Shown here piece by piece: positions 57,758 to 64,000 of a stretch of DNA of 64,000 bases (positions are counted from its first letter, which is position 1; each line of letters starts with the position of its first letter). The stretch is from IMG/VR virus record IMGVR_UViG_3300031088_000782, positions 245,535 to 309,534 of that record. One strand, 5' to 3'. The translations under genes were made by a program, and so were the position numbers. Origin of the DNA: a virus (taxonomy: Duplodnaviria > Caudoviricetes). The notes beneath the pieces were generated by a model. That model did no database searches, was not told the DNA's origin, and saw only the letters and a program-made list of their open reading frames with translations.

Positions 57758-58573
57758 ATGATGAAGTTCAATATTGCCAAGAAGTTTTCGGCTGTTGCTA
57801 TTGCTGGTTTGATTGTCATGAGTGCAAGTGCTTGTTCGCAAACTGATTCAAATCCGGTTGATGAACAAAAGAACGATTCCGTTGCAACTTCGACCCCCAC
57901 TGCTACTGAAATTATCAATGCATCATCTTTCGGTTATGATTTCAACAAGGCTTCCGTCAAGAAGAGTGTTGAGTCAAAGTATGGCAAGGATTCTGTTGAT
58001 AATCTGTTCGCTGATGTATTCGGGGCTATGGCTGAAATGAAGATCAACGAAGCTCTCTATAAGCCCGGCAAGAAAGATTCTGATGTTTATTCATCGCTCG
58101 AATCTTACCTGACTCCTGAAGCCTGGAAGCGGAATGCGAAAATTGAGGATGACAAGGATTCTGATGACACAACTGATGCATTCAACGCTATGGCTTTTGG
58201 GTGTGATGAATATGGAAAAACTTTTGTTCTGAAAAGGGGGGCTAAGGCAAACAAGAACCCGGATAACTACGAAAAGATTACTTGTGATAAGAAGCAGGAA
58301 CTCAGCAACACGAAGCTTTCTAAGATAAAGGTTGACACGTACAAGCGTAAGGCTGATGACACTCTTCTTATTAAGTCCCCTGAGCATGTCACTGTCAGCG
58401 GTATTCAGACTCAGCGTTTTACTGGAACAGACGACAAGGGCAATGAACAATGGCAGGAAATGATTATTGATTTCACTTTCTATGTTGTTCCTGACAAGGA
58501 TAAGAAGAATCATTGGCTCGTTGATTCCGCAAGGTGGGCATACGATTATGGTGATAGTTCTTACAACAAGTGA
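57758..58573 (+). CDS. putative lipoprotein
   Basis: Signal peptide ending lipobox-like ASA-C. Confidence 0.7.
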   Translation: MMKFNIAKKFSAVAIAGLIVMSASACSQTDSNPVDEQKNDSVATSTPTATEIINASSFGYDFNKASVKKSVESKYGKDSVDNLFADVFGAMAEMKINEALYKPGKKDSDVYSSLESYLTPEAWKRNAKIEDDKDSDDTTDAFNAMAFGCDEYGKTFVLKRGAKANKNPDNYEKITCDKKQELSNTKLSKIKVDTYKRKADDTLLIKSPEHVTVSGIQTQRFTGTDDKGNEQWQEMIIDFTFYVVPDKDKKNHWLVDSARWAYDYGDSSYNK

Positions 58574-58697
58574 ATTATCAATAGTAGCAAAAGCAGCAAA
58601 ATTGATAAAAACTTGTTGAATAGTGAGCAATATTATGATTGCTTGGTTAAGGTAAACATGTAGATGTTTTTCAAGAACAAGAATAAAGAAAGAAAAG

Positions 58698-59303
58698 GTG
58701 TTGAAAATGATTAAAGGTTCTTATGATTTTTTATTTAAAAACAATAAAACGTACTTAACTTTAAATAACGAGATAAATCGACTTAATGAATGTTCAGATA
58801 AGCTTGACACAAGAGTCGCTATTTTTGCGACAATTGCTGTGATTAGCGGTATTATCTCTTTTTGCTCATTTGTTGGATTTATTGCGGGGCTAGGAATGAG
58901 CGGCAACGGAATTTTTGGTGTTGTTTCTCTTGTGATGGTGCCTATATTTTTGTCCTCTCTTTTTGTTTGTCTTTTCAGTAGAGCAAAAAACAGTTCGCTT
59001 TGGAATGAAAAACTCCGCACTTTACGTGATCAGAGACATGAAATGTTTGTTGAAAAAGTTAGTAAAGACCTGAAAGAGCAGTATGGGGCTGTGTTCTTTA
59101 ACAGTGAAGTTCATCCCAGTCATTCCAAGTATGAGATTAAGTTTGACAATGGGAAGCATTATATGGCAAGGGTTTTCTACACCGATGGAAAAATGATTGT
59201 CGAACTTTTGAATGAGAAGCACTACATGAAGCCAACAGGTGTTTCTACCGACGAAAAGCCTAAGACGGATTTTGATGTTATTGATGGATTGAAGAATGTT
59301 TGA
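58698..59303 (+). CDS. 2-TM membrane protein, possibly related to 44426/62665
   Basis: Two TM helices then EQYG and soluble tail. Confidence 0.65.
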   Translation: MLKMIKGSYDFLFKNNKTYLTLNNEINRLNECSDKLDTRVAIFATIAVISGIISFCSFVGFIAGLGMSGNGIFGVVSLVMVPIFLSSLFVCLFSRAKNSSLWNEKLRTLRDQRHEMFVEKVSKDLKEQYGAVFFNSEVHPSHSKYEIKFDNGKHYMARVFYTDGKMIVELLNEKHYMKPTGVSTDEKPKTDFDVIDGLKNV

Positions 59304-59353
59304 CGAAAAACTATTGAAAGCGTTAATTATTTGTGCAAATAATTAACAAAAAA

Positions 59354-59382
59354 TTGACTTTTTAACTTATTTAATATAGAAT
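59354..59382 (+). promoter_or_regulatory. sigma70/SigA-type promoter
   Basis: TTGACT-17-TAGAAT. Confidence 0.65.
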
Positions 59383-59893
59383 GAATATAACCAATTACTA
59401 TATTTCAAGGAGAAAAATGGCTGAATTTGTTCGTTATAATATGGAAGAATGGTCCGCACTTTATCAAGATGGAAGTCTTGTTAAAGTAGGTGACAGTTAT
59501 CTTACTGATGAGTATTTGGCAAATTTTCTCAATGTTGAAGAAATTGATAGTGATGATTGTTTTCTTGGAAAAGAGCATACATACGATAATGTTGCTCAAA
59601 ATATTGATGAAATTTTAGCATACGGACAAGAAGTTGAGGATGCTAAAAAGGTTGCTCAATCATTGAAGGAACAGGCTGAAAGTCTACTTCTTCAAGCTTC
59701 TTTTGTTGAAAATTCTCAAAAAATTTCTCAAATTCTTGAAAGCGAAAAATATGTTGATAGCGATAGCAACATCTGGCGTTTGACAGAACAAGACAATAAG
59801 AATGTTTGGCGTTCAGCAATATTTAGAGAAGAAAGTGATTTTAAGACTGTTGATGAAATGAGTTTGTTTATTGCCAAAGAATTGATGAATTGA
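59381..59893 (+). CDS. hypothetical protein
   Basis: AAGGAG RBS before MAEF; promoter 59354. Confidence 0.6.
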   Translation: MNITNYYISRRKMAEFVRYNMEEWSALYQDGSLVKVGDSYLTDEYLANFLNVEEIDSDDCFLGKEHTYDNVAQNIDEILAYGQEVEDAKKVAQSLKEQAESLLLQASFVENSQKISQILESEKYVDSDSNIWRLTEQDNKNVWRSAIFREESDFKTVDEMSLFIAKELMN

Positions 59894-59906
59894 TTTAAAT
59901 AACCAG

Positions 59907-59935
59907 TTGACATTCGGGTCTTTCTGTTATAGGAT
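59907..59935 (+). promoter_or_regulatory. sigma70/SigA-type promoter
   Basis: TTGACA-17-TAGGAT. Confidence 0.6.
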
Positions 59936-59983
59936 GAAGTCAATAAGTTCGTTCATAGTTTTAAACCTTTTAAGGAGATTGTT

Positions 59984-60223
59984 TTGTCTAAGTCAATTAC
60001 CACTCAGGTTCCTGCTTTTGAACATGATTGCGATGAGTGTGTTTTTCTTGGTCGTTTTCTTGACAACGATCTGTATTTCTGTGATTTTGGTGTTGATTAC
60101 ACTGTGATTGCACGTCATTCTTCTGAACCTGCTGATTACATTAGTGGCGAACTTCTTGTTCCTTATTACGAGGAGCTTGCAATGGCTCGCAAAAAGGCCG
60201 TAGATGCTGGGCTGATTGTTTGA
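59984..60223 (+). CDS. conserved phage-type Cys/His protein
   Basis: PAFEHDCDECVFLG...DLYFC...VIAR. Confidence 0.7.
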   Translation: MSKSITTQVPAFEHDCDECVFLGRFLDNDLYFCDFGVDYTVIARHSSEPADYISGELLVPYYEELAMARKKAVDAGLIV

Positions 60224-60277
60224 TTTGAGTAGGTTTTGAATTGTTGGAAACAAACTCTAAAATGCCGGAAATTTCCA

Positions 60278-60414
60278 TATCCTAATATTCTTTAAAACAG
60301 CAATGAGAACGCACATTGAAAACATAGCATAAAACCTAATGTTTTCAGGGTGCGTTTTTCAAGTTTTGACAAAGATTTTCCGAAAACCCTGTTTTGAGTA
60401 TCACCGTATTGAAA
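60278..60414 (+). repeat. Copy C of dispersed repeat; 14/16 IR (60308-23/60341-56) around 17-bp core
   Basis: aatgagaacgc...gcataaaacctaatgttttcagg...gaaaaccctgttttgag...caccgtattgaa. Confidence 0.85.
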
Positions 60415-60698
60415 CTAACAAAAATCTGCTGAGAATTGATATGGTGTTGTTTCGATTTCTTTAATTTGATAACATTTTATTCTGCGGTTTTTGAGTCAAT
60501 CTAAACATTAAACACTCTAACCGATAATTATTAGATAACATCAATATAAAGTTTTGAAATTGATAAAGGAGTTCGAATATGCCATTACCACTTATTGTTC
60601 TTATTGTTATTCTCGGGTTCAATGTTGCTATCGGATTGTTTCTCATTGCAGGAGCATTCTTCAAAAGATTAGATTAATTATTGAAATGAATTGATAAT

Positions 60699-61223
60699 AT
60701 GCAAACATTTATGCCATATGAAGATTATTCAAAAAGTGCTTCTGTTTTAGATAACAAAAGATTAGGTAAACAGAGAGTCGAAACTTATCAAATTCTTCTG
60801 CAGTTATGTGGTTTAAATAAGTTTTTAGAACCGAGAGAAGGTAAGTGGAATCATCCTGCTATGGCAATGTGGTCAGGTCATGAAATAGCGTTAGTTGATT
60901 ATCAAGAAGCGGTTTGTCAAGAATGGACCAATCGTGGATTTAAAGATACCTGTTTAATGAAGTCGCAAAGAGCATTAGAGGTTTGTCAGAATGATGATTG
61001 GACTGTTGAAAAACCTTCATGGATTGGAGATATAGATGTTCATTTAAGTCATCAGTCAAATCTTTTAAGAAAAGATAAAAAGTTTTATGAAAAATTTTTC
61101 AATGTTGAAGATGATTTAGAATACATTTGGCCGAAAAATAATTTTGATTTAAAAACTCGAATGAAAGAAAACTATTTGCGAATGTTAGAGTTGATGAAAA
61201 ACAACTTTAAAACATCATTTTAA
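60699..61223 (+). CDS. pyrimidine-dimer DNA glycosylase/endonuclease V-like (MSMEG_6728 type)
   Basis: MQTFMPY...LDNKRLGKQRVE..QIL...HPA..MW.G...SHQSNLLRKD. Confidence 0.8.
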   Translation: MQTFMPYEDYSKSASVLDNKRLGKQRVETYQILLQLCGLNKFLEPREGKWNHPAMAMWSGHEIALVDYQEAVCQEWTNRGFKDTCLMKSQRALEVCQNDDWTVEKPSWIGDIDVHLSHQSNLLRKDKKFYEKFFNVEDDLEYIWPKNNFDLKTRMKENYLRMLELMKNNFKTSF

Positions 61224-61319
61224 TAGTTAATCATTTTAATTTTTTTAGTTAATGAAATTTCTCAAATGGATTAAGGAAGATCAGATTCAGAAAATTTTCA
61301 AAAATATTATTGAATTATG

Positions 61320-61348
61320 TTGACATAGTTCTTTAACGCTTGTAGAAT
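61320..61348 (+). promoter_or_regulatory. sigma70/SigA-type promoter
   Basis: TTGACA-17-TAGAAT. Confidence 0.7.
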
Positions 61349-61396
61349 GATTATTGTCAAACAAAGTTCAAGAAATTTTAAGAAAGAAGTTGAATC

Positions 61397-61582
61397 ATGA
61401 AGGCACCTCGTTCATACAGCAACAAGGATTACGTTGAGAATCAAGAATATCGAGCAGCTGCTACAAAAATTATGGAACTCTTTGATGGTGAGCCAAGCTG
61501 GACAAGTTTGGTTATGTGGATTGTTGAAAATCGTGAAGAAAACGGAATGTTCAACGTTGACGAATTGATTAACAAAGGTTGA
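61397..61582 (+). CDS. small hypothetical protein
   Basis: Promoter 61320; IR 61609. Confidence 0.6.
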   Translation: MKAPRSYSNKDYVENQEYRAAATKIMELFDGEPSWTSLVMWIVENREENGMFNVDELINKG

Positions 61583-61608
61583 ACTAACAGAACAATAGAA
61601 TAATTGAG

Positions 61609-61646
61609 AGTAATCCTGAACTAAACGAAAAAGGTTCAGGATTACT
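61609..61646. terminator. 13-bp IR + T tract
   Basis: agtaatcctgaac/gttcaggattact. Confidence 0.7.
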
Positions 61647-61839
61647 TTTTTGTATTTATTTAAAGATTTGCTAATCATTTCTGAATTGAAATTATTAAAC
61701 TGTTGAAAAATATTTGTTGAATATGATTGTTTAATTTGTTGATTAATTCATTCAATAATGTTAGAATATATTTGAGTGAACTATATTTTAAATAATTAGA
61801 CAAAGAATGAATAGAAAACAAATTAAGTGGGGATAGTAT

Positions 61840-62526
61840 ATGAGTAAGTTTGTTATTTCAGTGGTCAGTGATATAGATGATTCTTCAACTTATGGAATTT
61901 TTGATACAGAGGAAGAAGCAGAAAAGGTTCTTGAACAATTGCCAGAACATATGTATGAAGGTGATTATTTTTTCAATATTCACGAAATTCAAACTAAAGA
62001 TGATTTTCTGAATAGTTACGGCGATGGTGACTATGATTACGCCGAAAAGATTTATGATGATGAATTTACCGAGAGTGTTGATGTTGAATCTGATTTGAAT
62101 AATTCTGTTGAAGATTTTCGAGAAAGAATCATATCAGTTGCCGACAAAGATGCAGCTAATTGGACTCCTGAAGATTTCATTCGCGCCTCTCAACAATCTT
62201 TAAACGATTTTCTTTATGGTGATGATGCAACTGAAGTTAAAACTCTTGATGAAATTTTCGAAGATGATAGAAGCGTTGCTGAAAGTGAATTTGAAGAATA
62301 TTACGAGGGCAAATATTTTAATGCACACTATTGTTATATGCTGTTTAACAATCCTCTGCTAGGGGAAAAGGAAGATCAGCCTTTTACGAGTGGTGAAGAT
62401 GTTGCGGAAATTTCTGTCAGATTAGGCAAAGAATTTCGCAAAGATTATCAAAACAAGGTTCGTGAGTTAGTAAATATTCATGGTGTTTCTCTTGATGAAT
62501 TATTTGATGAAGAATTTTTGAAATAA
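61840..62526 (+). CDS. hypothetical acidic protein
   Basis: GGGGA RBS; IR 62539. Confidence 0.65.
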   Translation: MSKFVISVVSDIDDSSTYGIFDTEEEAEKVLEQLPEHMYEGDYFFNIHEIQTKDDFLNSYGDGDYDYAEKIYDDEFTESVDVESDLNNSVEDFRERIISVADKDAANWTPEDFIRASQQSLNDFLYGDDATEVKTLDEIFEDDRSVAESEFEEYYEGKYFNAHYCYMLFNNPLLGEKEDQPFTSGEDVAEISVRLGKEFRKDYQNKVRELVNIHGVSLDELFDEEFLK

Positions 62527-62538
62527 TATTTAAGAGTT

Positions 62539-62580
62539 AGGTAGTCACAGACGTTATAAGAAATTCGTCTGTGACTACCT
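62539..62580. terminator. 15-bp IR + T tract
   Basis: aggtagtcacagacg/cgtctgtgactacct. Confidence 0.75.
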
Positions 62581-62664
62581 TTTTATTATAAAATTAAAGT
62601 TAAAATTTATTCACTGTTAAAGAGATATTCAACAAAACAAGTGTTATAAAATGATTGGATAAAA

Positions 62665-63225
62665 ATGAGTGATTATAATTTAAAAAAGAATTTTGTCAGT
62701 AAGAAACAAAGAATACTGTTTATAGTTTTAGATGTTGCAGAAATTCTTTGGAAAACATTAAGAAATATTTTCTTTTTATTTTTTGTAATGACAGCAGCAA
62801 CATATCTTTTGTATAGCATGGTTGAAACAATTCCTGAAAAATATGTAGAAAGCCTGATTATAATTGGATTGTGTTTCATAGTTTTGACAATTGTGAAATC
62901 TTTGTTAATTAATTTCCCTATGAATACGATTAGAAGGATTGAAAGTAAGAATATTAGACAAACAGTTTATAATAAGTATGGCTATTTTTCTGAGTATAAA
63001 AACATTGTCTTTATTGAAAAAGAAATATATCGACTTAAAAATGATAGTGGATTAACTTTGTTTGCTGAATTTGATTTTAATCATGATGAAAGTGATGTTG
63101 TTCTCAAAGACTCTGATGGTCAAGAGATTACATCAATTTATCAATCGTTCAAAAAAGAATCTTTTGATAAAAATGTTGTAGAAAATACTTTAACTGTTGA
63201 CAAAATCATCAAAAATTCTCTTTAA
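62665..63225 (+). CDS. 2-TM membrane protein, 'KYG...FDFN' family
   Basis: KYG...FAEFDFNHDESDVVLKDSDGQEI. Confidence 0.7.
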   Translation: MSDYNLKKNFVSKKQRILFIVLDVAEILWKTLRNIFFLFFVMTAATYLLYSMVETIPEKYVESLIIIGLCFIVLTIVKSLLINFPMNTIRRIESKNIRQTVYNKYGYFSEYKNIVFIEKEIYRLKNDSGLTLFAEFDFNHDESDVVLKDSDGQEITSIYQSFKKESFDKNVVENTLTVDKIIKNSL

Positions 63226-63361
63226 GCGTTATGAAAAAGAGTTGAATAATACTATATTGAATATGATGGAAAATATTAAAGTTTTCCATCATATTTTTTG
63301 TTTGCTTTGTTAAAAAATTGTGATATGATTTTGTCAATGTTAATTGATGAATGGAGTTATT

Positions 63362-64000
63362 ATGAGTGATTTGTATAAGTATCCTCGCACTCCTCATCTG
63401 CCTTTTTCAAAAGGTTCAACAAGTGATGACAAATATGCTACAAAAGAAACTATCAATTTTTTGAGTAGCGGTATTGATTTAGTAGTTACAGAGAAAATGG
63501 ACGGCGGAAATGTTACTCTTTATCGTGATAATTTTCATTCTCGCTCTTTAACATCTAAATCTCATCCTTGGGATTATCCTGTTAAAGCATTATGGTCTGA
63601 AAAACGCTTTGACATTCCTGAAGGTTGGCGAATTTCTGGCGAATCGGTTTATGCTCGTAGATCAGTGAGTTATAATAATCTGCCAAGCGTTTTGATAGTT
63701 TTCGGAATTTGGGATGACAAAAACAATCTTCTGTCATGGGAAGACACTGTTGAATGGGCTAATCTTCTTGAATTGTCTCTCGTTCCTGTTCTTTATTATG
63801 GGAATGATTATAATGAGGCTATTAAGGCTTGGTCTAAAACAAAAGATTCTTCAATAAGCGAAGGTTTTGTTGTTCGCAATGCTCAATCTTTCAAATATGA
63901 AAATTTTGAGAAAAATATCGCTAAATTTGTTCGCAAAGATCATGTTCAAACTTCTGACAGTTGGCGTGGAAGAGACGATTTTGAAGTTAATGGATTCTAA
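63362..64000 (+). CDS. RNA ligase family protein (Rnl2-like nucleotidyltransferase domain)
   Basis: KYPRTPHLP, EKMDG, GES, EGFVVR, KFVR. Confidence 0.85.
   Translation: MSDLYKYPRTPHLPFSKGSTSDDKYATKETINFLSSGIDLVVTEKMDGGNVTLYRDNFHSRSLTSKSHPWDYPVKALWSEKRFDIPEGWRISGESVYARRSVSYNNLPSVLIVFGIWDDKNNLLSWEDTVEWANLLELSLVPVLYYGNDYNEAIKAWSKTKDSSISEGFVVRNAQSFKYENFEKNIAKFVRKDHVQTSDSWRGRDDFEVNGF

Noticed and set aside
57758-58573. Calling the lipoprotein TcpC/VirB8
   Set aside because: Only a lipobox is evident and it lies far from the transfer genes; fold cannot be judged without modelling.
13600-64000. Integron cassette array (IRs as attC sites)
   Set aside because: No consistent RYYYAAC/GTTRRRY ends or extrahelical bases seen, no IntI, and genes carry their own promoters.
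1-64000. Short ORFs antisense to or nested in long genes (e.g. 8514, 10160, 29870, 39191, 45582, 58091)
   Set aside because: Shadow frames of better-supported genes; no motifs or RBS.
1-64000. Alternative genetic code / stop-codon reassignment
   Set aside because: Long genes end normally at TAA, TAG and TGA, and broken genes need frame changes rather than readthrough; only 55066 TGA has in-frame continuation and is explained by indels.
1-64000. IS element, DGR or retron
   Set aside because: No transposase or reverse transcriptase motifs and no TR/VR pair; paralog similarities are not adenine-specific.

Overview
AT-rich (roughly 30-35% GC by eye) 64-kb segment of what looks like a large extrachromosomal element, either a conjugative megaplasmid or a phage/plasmid hybrid. 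An actinobacterial host is inferred from protein families only. No rRNA, tRNA, CRISPR array, transposase, integrase, or virion structural gene was recognised. (1) 1-12.2 kb is a transfer/pilus-like core: Vsr-like nuclease, TcpE-like protein, short VirB4-like ATPase, CpaB/SAF protein and CpaE/MinD-like ATPase on +, then an ADP-ribosyltransferase (+), and on - a nucleotidyltransferase, a PilT-like ATPase and a replication-relaxation family protein, the last two with long acidic N-terminal extensions. (2) About 12.5-13.4 kb is a GC-rich non-coding island with hairpins and two interleaved repeated motifs, where strand skew flips from C/A-rich to G/T-rich: a candidate origin. (3) 13.6-64 kb holds about 80 mostly short, mostly + strand phage-like accessory genes. 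Many have their own near-consensus sigma70-type promoter and a long-stem inverted repeat. Recognisable products: MmcB-like nuclease, GNATs, HD hydrolase, T5orf172 protein, second ART, AAA+/vWA pair, secreted FN3-EEP nuclease, secreted HExxH protein, pyrimidine-dimer glycosylase-like protein, RNA ligase. This region also has several internal paralog families, several frameshifts in simple repeats, and a dispersed ~120-bp repeat whose 17-bp core is flipped between copies. All family assignments come from motif recognition by eye, not database searches.
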